From Azolla caroliniana (taxonomy: Eukaryota > Plantae > Polypodiophyta), in NCBI GenBank assembly GCA_043228905.1, contig JBHGNT010000022.1:8556001-8620000 (forward strand): DNA of 64,000 nucleotides. Direction: 5' to 3'. Below the pieces are notes generated by a model. It was not told the DNA's origin, searched no databases, and saw only the letters and a list, made by a program, of their open reading frames with translations. How positions within the stretch are numbered: position 1 is the first letter of the stretch; each line of letters opens with the position of its first letter. Position numbers and translations under genes: made by a program. This document shows positions 1-13,400 of the stretch, piece after piece.

Positions 1-753
1 CGGCCTAAAGAGTCGACGATCAATTCAATAGCTCTGTCAAGGGTACCCATCCCCTCACGAACACTTACCAGCCGGTCGACGGCTACCGCCATTGCCTTTG
101 CTAGCTCCGATCCCCTCATCTTTCAACTCCTTTGCCCGCCCGTTCACGTCGGGAGAAAGAGAGAGAGAGAGAGAGAGAGAGATTCACAAACACGAAGAAG
201 CGAGAAGGAGAGATATAGAACAGAAGACTTGATTACAATAACAAGAGAGTACAAACTCCGACGGTTACAACCGGCAAGGCGACGATGGGCCCGACACAGG
301 GACCCTACTCACGCACACAGATGGAACACATTGGACCCAGAGAAACGCAGAAGGAAAAACCTCTACTGGCAGCGCACGAGCTACCCACGAAGCAGAGGCG
401 TCAAACTCCCCCCGCACCCACATAGAATGACGGTCGGAGGAGGAGAGAGAGTTCAGCCCTCGGTCCTGCAGCACTTCGTCCTCCTTAACGCGCGATCCCC
501 TCTCTTCCTTCTCTCCTCTCCTTAAATAGTTCCCAAAAAGGGGTGCCCCTTTCCCTAGTCAAATCGCTTTATTCCCTGTCCCTTCTAACAGAGATACGCA
601 CAATCCTTCCTAATAAATGTGCACTACTTAGTATTTACATTAGTTGATCCATTTATGAATCAATATCAAAATATCAATTCATGCGTCCATCCGTGTAAGA
701 GTCGGTTCATGGGCATTTTTGCCCGAATCCGCCTATGGCTAGTTTTCTTCACA
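1..753 (-). repeat. Probable LTR fragment of an unclassified element replacing the left part of the element I 3' LTR
   Basis: Ends in ...TTCACA at 753 (TG on minus strand), just before similarity to the element I LTR resumes at ~757; (GA)n tract ~151-182; minus-strand TATA-like CTATTTAAGG ~521-530. Other end is outside the window. Confidence 0.4.
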
Positions 754-756
754 ATG

Positions 757-954
757 ACGTGTGACTGACACTAACTACGAGACAATGATTACCTAGTAGT
801 CTAAGCTACTATTAGCCTTCCGTTTCCCGCTCGAATCCGGCTCTCCAATCCGTCCAGTTGTTTCAGGATACCGATTCGGCTCATCCTTCCGGATGCCGAT
901 CCGGCTCAAGCTTATTCAGCCGATCCGGATCCGGTTGAGCTTGTTCGCTTAACA
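757..954 (-). repeat. Partial 3' LTR of element I
   Basis: Matches ~5249-5419 (GTGTGAyTGACACTAACTAC...TTGAGCTTG..AACA); followed by CTCCCCCTCAAG (PPT on minus strand). Confidence 0.85.
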
Positions 955-1374
955 CTCCCCCTCAAGCTCAACTTGAGGTCGGATCGTGGTGTGAGTGTTC
1001 GCGGCAGCTGGTTCTTCTACCCGGGTCCTGGCATTGCTTCGCCTCGCTTGCGTTCCTCGTCCGATCCGGTTTTGTTTGCCACGACCCTTTTGGTTCTGCG
1101 CACCTCAACCTCCTCGGTCGGCTTGTCTGCTCAATAGGCCCATTTAAGTTCCCTCGCTGTTGTGACTTCGGCGCTTGTTAGCCCGTTGGTTCCTTCGTTT
1201 TGGTGTCGACTTCCACTGCGTTCGTGTCCGCTTGGCCTTTAGTTGATCCGGCTTCTCCGAATCTTGAACCAAATCGGTTTCCTTCGATTCGTTCCAGCTC
1301 TTGTCCGAGTCGGTGTTCTCCAACTCGTTTTCCGGTTTCAGGCCCTTCACCACACCGGACCACGTCTGGGTCTT

Positions 1375-1827
1375 TGTTATCCCTAGGGGCCGGACAATGC
1401 CCTAACACAGAGTGTCTCTTTGAGACACTTCACCAAAGGGGTGTTGCAATGAGATAAACTTAGACCAAACTATGAATGAAACCCTAATCGGTTACTAATC
1501 GGCAAGATCATTAGTCACAATACACGCGTAAGATGAATTACACTTAGCACATAATGGTAATTAACACTTATTAAGATACACAACAACAACACTCTATTAA
1601 TTATCTGCTAATGATTATAATCTAACCGGGCCCTTTTATAGGTCCCTGGTCCTAAGTACAAACCGGTGCCAACCAGCAACCGGCTACGAACCGGTCCGGA
1701 TCCAGATTGGCATACCGATTCCGGTCCGTCAGTTCGCTTCTCAAAAGATCCTTCTAAATATTATAGATAATCAGCTCCCTTTCCCGTTCTGGACTTTATC
1801 CAGTTCTTAAGTCTTTGCCAGCCAACA
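1375..1827. mobile_element. Solo LTR inserted in the 3' region of element I
   Basis: TGTT...AACA termini; flanks GTCTT/TTCTT (4/5 TSD match); internal CTTTTATAG TATA-like motif; AT-rich island inside a GC-richer stretch. Confidence 0.7.
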
Positions 1828-2029
1828 TTCTTCGTCGTTTTCTTCGGTCGGCTCTGTCATTCTTGACTCTGCCGCTGTTGCCGTTTGTTCCGACCTTTCC
1901 GGATGTGCTGACTCCTTCGGTCAGCTCGGCTTCCTTTTTCCTCTTGTCTCCGCCTTTGTTGGTTCTTTCTTCCTCTCCGGCTCCTTGTCCAGTTCCATCT
2001 GTTGTCTTTCCTTTTCTCCCTCTCAAGTG

Positions 2030-4917
2030 CGGCACGTCGAAATGCTGAACACCAAGCATTTCGATGAAGTGCTGCAACTTGTCCGATCCAAGCAGTTTGG
2101 TGAATATATCGGCAATTTGCTGATCCGTTCTACATTCCGAAGTGATAGTTGACTTCTTTGTGCTTCATCCGAGCATGGAACACGGGGTTCTTCTCGAGCT
2201 GAATGTTGCTCATGTTGTCATAATAGATCAGGATCGGGGTCGAGACCTCAATCCGTAGGTCTTGCAGCAGTCGTTGAAGCTAGATGGCTTCACAGGTGGC
2301 ATTGGTAGCACCCCGGTATTCAGCCTTTGTGCTCGACAAAGCCATTGTTGGCTGCTTTTTGCTGCTCCACGCTATAGCCGCGCTACACAGAGAAAACATG
2401 TAACCGGAGGTGGATCGGTGATCTGATGGATCACCGGCCCCGTCGACATCTGTATATCCGACTAGTGCTTCGGTTATACCATGCCGGTATAACAGTCCTC
2501 GGTCCTTCGTGCCACTCACATACCGGAGTATCTGGTGTGTGCACTGAAGGTGCTCGACGGTCGGCTTCTGCATGAACTGGCTGATCACTCCGTCCGGGTA
2601 ACTGAGGTCGAGCTGAGTGATTGTCAAGTATATCAAGCTTCCGACAATTTGTCGGAACCGTTTCTCATCGCAGGCCGGTCCGGAGTTGGGATAGAGCTTC
2701 TGGTTCTGGTCTAGGGTTGTGGAGACAGGTCGGCATTCCGTCATGCCGAACTTGTACAACATATTCAACACATAGTGTCGTTGTGAGAGCAATATGTCGT
2801 CGGGGGTTCAGATCACCTCAATCCCAAGAAAATAATGGAGCTCCCCCAGGTCCTTCATTTCAAATGCATCCGCCAACTGGGACTTTACTTGGCCGATTTC
2901 ATTGCGTCCGGGTCTGATGATGACTAAATCATGAACATAAAGTAGGATACAAACCGGACCATCCGCACCTTTAGAGATGAACATTGACGAGTTCGATTTA
3001 GAGGTCATGCGAGTTAAAGCAGTTATACCCCTTTTGCTCTGATGCGAGTAACCGACTAGAATGCACTTCTCTGACTTCAGATCTAGCTTCCTCCGCTTCT
3101 CATCCGGTACATGCACATATGCTATGCTACCGAATATCCGAAGGTGTCTCAAATTCGGCTTTCGCCCGAAATATAGCTCATGTGTTGACACCTTGTCACC
3201 GATCCGGTTTTGGATGTAGACGGCTGTCCGGACCGTCTCAGCCCAGTAGAAATGGGGCATGCTCTTCTCCTCCAACATTACCCTTGCCGCATCGACAATC
3301 GACCGGTTCTTCCTTTCAGCCACACCATTTTTCTCCGGTATGTACCTGCAGCTGAATTCTCTTTGAATTCCATTCTGCTACAGATAACTATTGAACCAAG
3401 CTTCCTCTCCGTTTCCCGTTCAACCAAGCTTTGAAGGTTCCGGAAACACTCGATGACTTCGTTCTTCCTCTCGATGAGGTAGATCCACGTGTGCCGGCTG
3501 TAGTCGTCGATGAAGGAGACGAAATACCCACTCCCGCCAAGACTAACGTGTTGTGTCGGTCCCCATATATCTGAATGGATTAAATCGAGTTTGTTATGGC
3601 TCCAGTTTCAATTGATGGGTAATGGAAGCCGATGATGCTTCCCAAGTTGGTAGGCTTCACATATTTCGGCCTTCCGACCACTAAATTTCGGTAAACCGAA
3701 AACGACTTGTTTCGATTGCAGGTCTTGAAGCTTCTGATAATTGACATGGCTGATCCGCTTGTGCCACAGGTCAATGTCCAATTCGACCTTCTACCCTTTC
3801 GCAAACATAGCGGTGCCAACGTCATTAGTGTTGAGGATGAACATCCTTCCTTCTCTGCGCCCTTGCGCAATTATCTGGCCCTCTTCCTCGATGAAGCACC
3901 CAAGGTGTGTAAACCGCACTTGCATCCCCTGGTCGACGATTTGTCCAACCAACACCAGGTTCTTTGTGATAGTCGGAATGTGTAATGCGTTCATCAGCTT
4001 CACCTTTTGTCCGACAGTGCGAGCTTTACCGATTCTCCTGACCGGTTTTGCTGGATCCGGATTTGTCCGAATCGGCGCGCTTCTTCCAGCACTCGCTTTC
4101 CTTATGGACCTTTTTGCCATAGTACCAGCATTCCGTGGCGGCCTTTCCTTGCCGGCTCCCGGCGCTACTTTGACTCCCCCTGCTTGTGGAGGGTCCGGAA
4201 CTGCTGTCGGCACCTCCTTTGTGCCTCCCATCCTGCTCTTGCCGGCCGCCTCCATTGCGTGCCGACCCAGCTCGTCCACCACGTCCATGGGCCGATCTAT
4301 CTCCGTGTACAACATCCGACTGTCCGATTGAGTGGTCCTTGACCCACTCGTGTGGTTTTCTTCAACCATCAGCATCGATTGCAAGCGAAGAAGGACATTG
4401 GTTTCTCCCGGGTGTAGATCGTTGTCCGGATTGGCCCATACCTTTGCGCTAGACCACCGAGGCTGATTTGTACCATCTCGTCTTCGTCCACCGTCACGTT
4501 GATGGACCCGAGTGCGTCACAAATCTCCTTTATCTTGGTGGTGTAGTCCATAACCGACATGTCTCTTTGCCGGATGTTGTTCAGCTCTTGTCGGAGCTAC
4601 AACTTACAAGCTGTGGTACCTGCGGCGAAAATCTTCCGTAGATTTTCCCAGGCCTCCTTCAGCGTCTTTGCATACTTGGTGTAGTTGAGCATTTGATCAT
4701 GTACACCAGACGTGAGACAGTACAATACCCAACTCACTCCTTGCTCCTATACCGAGAAGTATTTGTGTGACGGCTCCGGTGCTACTTCATTTGTTCCTTC
4801 CACGAAGCTCCAATATCCATGCCCCAACAGGTACTGATGCATTTTATATGACTAGGACGCATAGTTGTTCCGGTCGAGCTTCTCTGTTGGAAGTGAACTC
4901 GTTATTCCTTTGTCCAT
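2030..4917 (-). pseudogene. copia gag-pol pseudogene of element I (frameshifts, stops, internal deletions in PR, RT N-terminus and RNase H)
   Basis: ORF fragments 4369-4560 (gag), 3791-4384, 2808-3323 (IN fused to RT), 2280-2792 (RT/RH); ATG at 4917. Confidence 0.9.
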
Positions 4918-5011
4918 ATCTTCTCTCTATTTGTTGTTACCGGGTACTACGGTTCGTCTACAGAAGCAAATGTCGACTACAAAGGTTCTCAACCCTCGTG
5001 CTCTAATACCA

Positions 5012-5419
5012 TGTGAATGTTAATGTGCGGAAGCATTATACAGAACCGACTCAGACGGATAGCAACAAAAAATGAGATGAAGGTTTAATGGAAAAGCTTA
5101 AAACACAAAGGAGACAGAGAGAATAGAACATAAAACTATATTCAAACATTAACTCTAAAACTCTGTGTACATAGAACGTGCTAAATAACATTATTTATAC
5201 AGGACCATAAAGGACTGACAGAAATACTGACAAGTACTTCAATGCTCACACGTGTGATTGACACTAACTACCAGACAATGATTACCTAGTAGTCTAGGCT
5301 ACTACTAGACTTCCGGCTCTCCGATCCTGCTCCCCGATCCAGCCGGTTGTTTCCAGATACCGATCTGGCTCATCCTTCTGGATGCCGATCTAGATCTGGT
5401 TGAGCTTGCTCGCTCAACA
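5012..5419 (-). repeat. 5' LTR of element I with adjacent PBS (5000-5011)
   Basis: TGTGAATG...CTCAACA; GCTCTAATACCA = TGGTATTAGAGC on minus strand, one mismatch to the tRNA-iMet PBS TGGTATCAGAGC. Confidence 0.88.
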
Positions 5420-7918
5420 CGAGACAACGTGGTTTGTCGATTCCGAAGCGTCGTTCCACCTGTCATCGGATTGGAGATGCTTCTCATCCTACACAGTCGG
5501 AGATCACGGTTGAGTCCGGATGGGGAATGAAGATACATGCCGCATTGTCAGCATAGGACATGTGTTGTTGATGACATCAACCGGATGCAAGTTACTGTTG
5601 AAGGATGTCCGACACATTCCGGAGGTTTGACTGAACCTGATATTAGCCGGTCGGCTAGATGATGAAGGCTACACGGGTAACATTCGGAACGGAGTCATGA
5701 AGTTCAGCAAAGGGAGCCTAATAGTGGCCCGATCCCGGAAGGTCAACACATTGTACCTGATGCATGCCCAAATATGTCGGGAAGAAGAAGTGAACGTAGC
5801 CACCGACACTGCCGGTGAGTTACGGCACAAAAGACTGTGTCAGATGAGTGAGAAGGGGATGAAGAGGCTTGTCGAAGACAACCTCATTCTGGTGAAGGAC
5901 ATACAACTTGAGAAGTGCACTGATTGTTTGGTTGGCAAGCAACTGGAGTTGGTGTATACCAATGTGTGTCAAGTGGACACGAAGTCACATGCCGGATTGC
6001 AGTACTTCGTGACTTTCATAGATGATCACAGCCGGAAGTTGTGGGTCTCACCATTGAAGACGAAGGATCAATTGTTATCCGTCTTCAAGGAGCTCCACGC
6101 AAGAGTGGAATGAGAAACCAGCCGGAAGGGCAGTTCGAGTAGATAACAGAGGAGAATACCAGGGCCAGTTCGAGGAGTACAATCGGTCGAATGGAATCCA
6201 ACTCGAATTCACCGTGCCGAAGATGCCGGAACTAAACGGGCTGGCCAAAAGGATGAACCGGACAATAATGGAGAGAGTCCGGAGCATGCTAGCACATGCA
6301 AAGTTACCCTAGACGTTTTGGGCCGAGGCACTGATGACGACGACCTATGTGATAAATAGATCACCCTCAGCACCCTTGAAAGTATGGACCGGTAAAGATG
6401 TATCTTACCGGCATCTGAAGGTGTTCGGGTGTCTCGCATATGTGCATGTTGCAAAGGACAAGAGACCAAAGCTGGATCCTAAGTCCAGGCCATGCATATT
6501 GCTTGGATACGACAATGATGAGTTCGGTTACCGAGTGTGGGATCTAGTCGACAAGAAGGTGTTTCGGAGTCGGGACATAGTCTTCATGAAAGTCATGACC
6601 ATTGCTGACTGGGAGCCGGAGAAGAAGGTGACGAACTCTGGATCATTCAATGAAAGCCAGCTTGAGTACACAAGGACCTACCTGGTTGAAAACCGGACAC
6701 TAGCCGGTAACCGGATAACACTCGACAAACCGGCCAGATTCGGACAAGGAACCGAACCGACCGACGAAGAAGAAGACACCGGAACCAAGCAAGATCTCAA
6801 TTCGGATTCAGATTCAGAATAGATGGAGGAACTAGTAGTCAGAAACCAAGGACAGAGATATCCTCTCCGAGAGAGAAGAGCCCCCTTTGAGATTTCCGGA
6901 TGCAAAGCATGTGTTGCTAACCGCGGAGGGGGAGACGGAAAGCTTTGAAGAAGCAAAGAGAGACACCTACAACCGCAAGTGGTTGAGTGCCATGTAGGAT
7001 GACCTGGATTCCCTGCATGAGAACCACACATATCAACTGACGGAATTGCCGAAAGGGAAGAGAGCACTCCAGAACAAGTGGGTGTACAAGCTAAAACTAG
7101 GAGACACCGGAAATGCACCAAGGTACATAGCCCAGATTGTGGTGAAGGGCTTCCAACAAAAGAAAGGAGTGGACTTCGATGAGATCTTTGCCCTGGTAGT
7201 AAAGATGACATCCATCTGGATGGTATTGGGCATAGCGGCAAGCTTGGACCTCGAGGTAGAGCAACTGGACGTCAAGACAACATTCCTCCATGGTGACCTT
7301 GAAGAGGAGATCTACATGCATCAACTGGAAGGATTTGAGAAGAAAGGGAAGGAGCACCTGGTGTGCCGGCTGAAGAAGAGCCTATACGAACTGAAGCAAG
7401 CTCCCCGACAATGGTACCGGAAGTTCGACTCCTTCATGACCGACCAAGGGTACCACAAAATGCAAGCGGATCACTGTGTGTTTGTGACGAAATTCAACGG
7501 AGGAGATTTCTTGATACTCCTCCTATATGTGGATGATATGTTGATTGTTGGACAAGACCGAGGCAAGATTCGGATGCTGAAGAGGGCCATGAACTGGACC
7601 TTCTCAATGAAAGACTTGGGTCGGGAAAGACAGATATTGGGAATGAACATCATCCAGGACCGGTCGAAGAAGCTATTGTGGTTGTCACAGGAGAAGTACG
7701 TGACAAAGGTGCTTCAAAGGTTCAACATGTCGAAGGCCAAACCGGTCGGATCGACACTTCCGGCAAACTGCAAGCTATCTAGGAAACAAAGCCCGAGGAC
7801 AAAGGCAGAGAAGCTCGATATAATCAGGATACCATATGCTTCTTCCGTCAAGAGCTTGATGTACACAATGGTATGTACCCGGCCAGATATCGGATATGCA
7901 GTCAGAGTGGTAAGCCGG
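5420..7918 (+). pseudogene. Tnt1/Tork-like copia pol fragment J (PR, IN, RT), truncated by insertions on both sides
   Basis: ETTWFVDSEASFHL protease remnant at 5420; FVTFIDDHSRK, YVINRSPS, LLLYVDDMLIVG, CTRPDIGYAV in ORFs 5697-6113, 6334-6822, 7046-8110. Confidence 0.9.
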
Positions 7919-8195
7919 TGTCGAGGTAATCCGCGCGCGCGTGTTAGATCCGGGGCGGGACCACAGGGGTCTTGGACCAGAGAGAGAAAAGTATGGAAGG
8001 TCGAGCTTCACTATTTCCCGCGACCGGCCAAGACACCAACCAGAGTGTTTCCGGATATGTACCGGGAGCAACCGTATGAGAGAGGGAAAAGAGCACACAC
8101 GCAACACTGAGTAGACACACGCATCCTATGTACAGAAACCAGAAAGAAGGAACTCCAAAGACACTGACACTGACACAAATGCACAGAACTTCACT

Positions 8196-8228
<33 letters not shown>

Positions 8229-10138
8229 CAAGAGCAAGATACAACTTCGGCCTTGAGCAGGACCAAGGTAGGTTAGGTCACAACAACAGTCTGTTGCCAA
8301 GTCGTTGTTGTACGAACCTCCAAACCAAACCAAACCCTCACATGAAGAAGAGAGAGTACCATCTGAAACCCTAAACCACATAAACCCTAAGTCGCACGAA
8401 CTCTCACAAGAAGAAGAACCTAAACGGAATACTAACGTCCACTTGAAAGAATGAACCAAACCCACGAGACAATGAAGAAGACAAAAATGAAACCCTAAAA
8501 CGAAATAGGATGAAAAGACCAAAGTAGAAACCCTAACAATAAGATGAAGAGGAAGAACATCTCTGGCCTTCTACGCGAGATCACCTAGACCAACAACCCA
8601 TCATCGTGCCTGTATTCCCGCTCCCACACCTCGGTGTGCCACGCATCCCCTTCTTGTGTTCGGCACTGCCCGTGCCGAACTCCGGTTACTTCCCATGCAC
8701 GCGTCGTCGGCCCTAGCCCGGTCTGATCATGCTCCTTTGTTTCACCCATGTACCCAGTGTCCTCCGCGTCCGAGGAACACCCCATACTAGCCCGCTTGGC
8801 TACTTTCATCTTGCGCTACTGCCACCGGTTCGGAGCCTTCCACTTGGCGTCGTCCCCTCACCCCCACCAGCTTGTTACCTCAGGTTTAGCTTGCCACGCC
8901 AGTCATTGCCACTCCAACTGAGCCGCCGAGATCTCCGAAGCAGGTGTGGAGGATCCTTCTCCAGCCATCGATCTTGTTTCCGGTCTCCAAACCGTGTAGT
9001 CTATTACGCGCCCATGCTCTTGTTCCCAGAACTGTCGTGTGCCATCTTCCGCCTTCCTTGTTCGCCACCGCCTCTGCCGAACGCCGTCACGTACCCGTGC
9101 TTGGCTTTGGCCCTGGAAAGCCTCTCGCACGTCTCTTGCTCCGCTCCCGACTTACCCCTCACCGACTTTCCTACGAAATCGTAACGGGCCGGTAAGGGTT
9201 CGACCTTGTCAACTATGGCCTCGCCGGCTCCTGGTTCGCCAACTCCCGGTCCGCTCTTCCCGCATTGCCAATTCCCATTTCCTACCACCACCATCCTTTT
9301 CATCGGTCTCACGTTGCCATGTCAGCTTGAACTGCTGGTGTCTCTGGATCGGTGTGAGGATCCCATAGGACCGTCTTCCTTTCTCTCCTCCCGTCTTCCA
9401 CGTTGTCTTCTGACGGGCTCGGTTCCCGACTCTCGCTTCGTTTCTTGCCGGAAGGCCTAGTTTCGGTTAGTGGCCGCCATGCCGTCTTGATACCACCATG
9501 CCCGCTCGTTCTCTCTTCCCGCATCGCTGAATCCCATTTCATGCCACCACCATCCTTCTCAATCGGTCCCACTTTGCCTTGTCGGCTTGAACTACCGGTG
9601 TCTCCGGATCAGTGTCAGGACCCCATAGGACCATCCTATCGTTGCCTTTGTCCTTGTCCCGTCGCCGCCACCGTCAGTTTCTTGGTATTACGTCGGATCC
9701 GCTGCCGACTGCCGAAGTCTCTAGCCCGGTGTGGAGGATCCTCGAGCCTCTCTTCATTCCCGACCCTATCCCGGGCGTCCTTCTCCGCACGTCGAGAGGG
9801 TGGCTCGCTCCACACCCTCTCCCGCGGTACCGATGTACCGTGTTCCGGCCTTCCCGTAGGCCTACCTCTTCCTCCATTCCGGATTAGTTATCGGGAAGTC
9901 CGCTCCGCCCAGTTCTCGTTTGGGTCTGTCCGTCACTATCTGAATCGCCGGGTCCCGTTCTCTTGCCGCCACAGTCAGTATCTTGGTCTTACGTCAGATC
10001 TAATGCCAACCGTCGAAGTCTGTAGCCCGGTGTGAGGTGACCCATAGGACCGGTCTTCGTTGCCTTTGCTTCCGGATCGGTTATCCTGGCTGTGACCTTT
10101 GCATCCTCGCCGCCACTTTCCGTCTCTTAGGTATTCCG

Positions 10139-10485
10139 TGAAGTTAAAATCGTTGTCGGCCACAACCAGTTGTACATGTGCAGAATAATAGTCAATCTCA
10201 AGATCTTGCTTCGCCAACAGGCGGCTATGGAGCTCACACGCTTCCACTCACACTCGTTTTACTCTCACAGTTACAGAGGCAACAACCTCTTCAATAGTAA
10301 CTTTACAATAACACTCTAATCTAACATGATTGCCCTAAGTACTTATATACTAATGTAACCTTTCGACTATTAACAAACTTAGCCTTCCGTGTTGGCTATC
10401 TCCACAATTTCCGGTTTCGTCCTCGGTCGTTACTCATCAACACGGTTCTTCTCACTTCCCATCCGGAGGGACCTGTTTCCTAACA
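10139..10485 (-). repeat. 3' LTR of element L
   Basis: TGAAGTTAAAATCG...CCTAACA, direct repeat of 16350-16696. Confidence 0.95.
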
Positions 10486-10495
10486 AACTCTCCCT

Positions 10496-13400
10496 TCACT
10501 CCGGCATGGGATGTCTTACTAGTCCGATCCGCTTCCGACATGCATCCAGCTCGTCGGGTATCAGTACTTTGGTCAGCATATCTGACCTGTTCTCGGCCAT
10601 GTGGATCTTCATCAGCGTGAACTCTCGATCTTCTACTCACTCCTAGATCCAGTGATACCTACGCTGGATGTGCTTCGTCCTGGAATGGTACACTGCGTTC
10701 TTAGCAAGGTCGATGGCACTTTGACTGTCGCAATAGAGTCGGTATTCATCTTGTCGGATACCGAGCTCTCCGATGAAGTCCTTCATCCATAATATTTCCT
10801 TGCCAACTTCAATAGCCGCCATGTACTCCGCCTCCGTGCTTGACAATGCAACCGTCTTCTACAGCCTCGACTGCCAGGAAACAGCTCCCCCTACATATGT
10901 CATTACATAACCAGATGTAGACCGGCTGGTATCCACATCAGCCGACATATCCGAATCGGTAAAACCGTCAAGTTAAGGTTTACCGGAGCTGAATCGGAGA
11001 CACATATTCCAAGTGCCCTTCAAGTACCGGAGTATCCATTTGACCGCGTTCCAGTGCTCCTTGTCGGGATTGCTCATAAACCGGCTCACCAGTCCGACTG
11101 CGTATCCAATATCCGGTCGAGTACATACCATTGCGTACATTAAGCTCCCGACGGCACAGGCATATGGAACCTTAATCATATCCGCCTTCTCTGCTTTCGT
11201 CTTCGGGCTTTGCTTATCGGATAATCTGCAGTTTGCCGGGAGTGTTGATCTGGCCGGTTTCGCTTCTAACATGTTGAACCGCTGAAGCACCTTTGTCACG
11301 TATTTCTCCTGTGACAACCACAATTGCTTCTTTGACCGGTCCCAAATTTTGTGCATCCCCCGTATCTTTCTTGCCGGGCCCAAGTCTTTCATTGAGAAAG
11401 TTTGGTTGAGAGCCTTCTTCAGCATCCGTATTTTGGCTTGGTCCCGTCTGACGATCAACATGTCGTCCACGTACAGAAGGAGTATCAAGAAGTCGCCTCG
11501 TTCGAACTTCTTCACAAACATGCAGTGATCGGTTTGCGTTTTGTGATACCCTTCGTCGGTCATGAAGGAGTCGAACTTCCGATATCATTGTCGGGGGGCC
11601 TGCGTCAGTCCGTACAAGCTCTTCTTCAACCGGAAAACCAGGTGCTCCTTCCATTTGACCACGAATCCTTCCGGTTGCTGCATGTAGATCTCCTCTTCGA
11701 GGTTACTGTGAAGTAATGTCGTCTTCACATCCAGCTGCTCTACCTCGAGGTCCATGCTTCCCGCTATACTTAGCACCGTCCGGATGGAAGTCATATTTAC
11801 TACTGGGGCAAATATCTCGTCAAAGTCCACGCCCTTCTTCTGCTGGAACCCCTTCACCACGATCCTGGCTTTGTATCTCGGGGGGTTGCCGGCATCTCCC
11901 GGTTTCAACTTGTACACCCACTTGTTTCGGAGTGCCCACTTTCCTTTCGGCAACTCCACCAATTCGTACGTATGGTTCTCATGTAGGGAATCCATCTCAT
12001 CCTGCATGGCACTTAACCATTTTTGGCTATGGGCGTCACTTTTAGCTTCCTCGAAGCTTTCTGGCTCCCCGTCATCGGTAGCAACACGTGCTCTAGATCT
12101 GGAAATCTCTAGGGGGCCCTTCTCTCTCTGAGAGGATATCTGCGTCCTTGGGCTTCGATAACTAGCTCTTCCATTTGCTCTTCATCTGAATCCGATTTGT
12201 GGTCTTAACACCGGGTCATTTGAAACAGGTAATATGTCGTATTCTCTTTTGGCATAGTTGGCCCGATGTAGAAAAGTACCCTATTTTAGCCCGATATCGA
12301 AAATATACGATGCATGCGTACCCCTTTTGCGACTTGATGGTTAAATATAGAACAAAAAAAACCTAGCAATTACTAAATTGTATATGTGTCCACATTTGTG
12401 TCAATTTGCATATCATGGAGCACAATTGAAGACTTGGTTCAATATAAAGTTCTAAAATTGGTATCCATATTCAAATTGTAGAGTAAAACTACATAAACCG
12501 TAATTATAAATATGTGGTTTTGGGTTTAGGAATAAAGTAGTACCCCACTTGTTGGACGGGTATATCGATAGTTTCATTGTATAATGTCATATAGTTCATG
12601 ACAATGTAATTGGTAAGAGTAACAACTACGTATGACATTCATTTATACTATGTGGAACCAGTAGACTTGAACCGTAGGTAACTAAAAACCTCTTATTATC
12701 AAAAACATTCGCCTTTTCATATACAGTCATGCTAACGGAAATGAGAAATTACAATATCATGTTAATATCTCAAACTGAAGAAGAGCATGGTGACCAATTA
12801 TATGTAAATACAAACTACGGTTCCAATAATGATTAAAAAGGGAAATTATGAACAGGTGAATTTAATTAAACGATAAACAATTACAGATGTTCTCATATAC
12901 AAATATAATATGAAGTGATGGTGAACATTATGCCTCAAAATCCCCGTCCGATTTTGCTGTTATCAATAACAGCACCCCATCCTCCTCGACATAGGAGAGA
13001 CACCATTCAAGTTCGGGGTAATCCTTATATTTCACCTAAACCGTTTTCTCCTCTTGCGTACTACCTTTGTTGATTTTGGTAATAGCCACAGATGACTTGG
13101 ATCCTCCTTCCCCCGTTGAGTCAAATAAAATCTTTTTACTCGTGTCCTTGATGAAGGAGCCAGAATCTCGTTTTGTCGGAGATCAAATCTTCAATCTAAA
13201 TGAAGGAACTTTTTGTCTGGGTTCACTGAAATTAAAAACGTTGGTGAAAACATAGAAACAACGTACAATTTTATCTAAATCATGCAAATTATCATCTAAA
13301 TTACGTCAATTTTATGGTCCCATGCGATAGTTTTTTATCGCAAAAACAACATTTTTTTCAACACAAATCCGTTGCACTACATCGGATTTGCATGACTTTC

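Larger units (their letters stand above)
757..5419 (-). mobile_element. Ty1/copia LTR retrotransposon I (degenerate), inserted in copia J
   Basis: 5' LTR 5012-5419, tRNA-iMet-type PBS 5000-5011, gag/IN/RT/RNase H remnants (FFGKPNL-like IN tail, LLYVHDLVI, SKKQPTMALSSTKAEY), PPT 955-966, partial 3' LTR 757-954. Confidence 0.9.

Noticed and set aside
8585-10035. Host gene or ribozyme in region K
   Set aside because: Overlapping low-complexity ORFs with no recognisable domain; no hammerhead CTGATGA/GAAA core seen.
12205-12208. piggyBac-type TTAA target
   Set aside because: TTAA is not repeated at the right end; TCTT duplication restores the host sequence.
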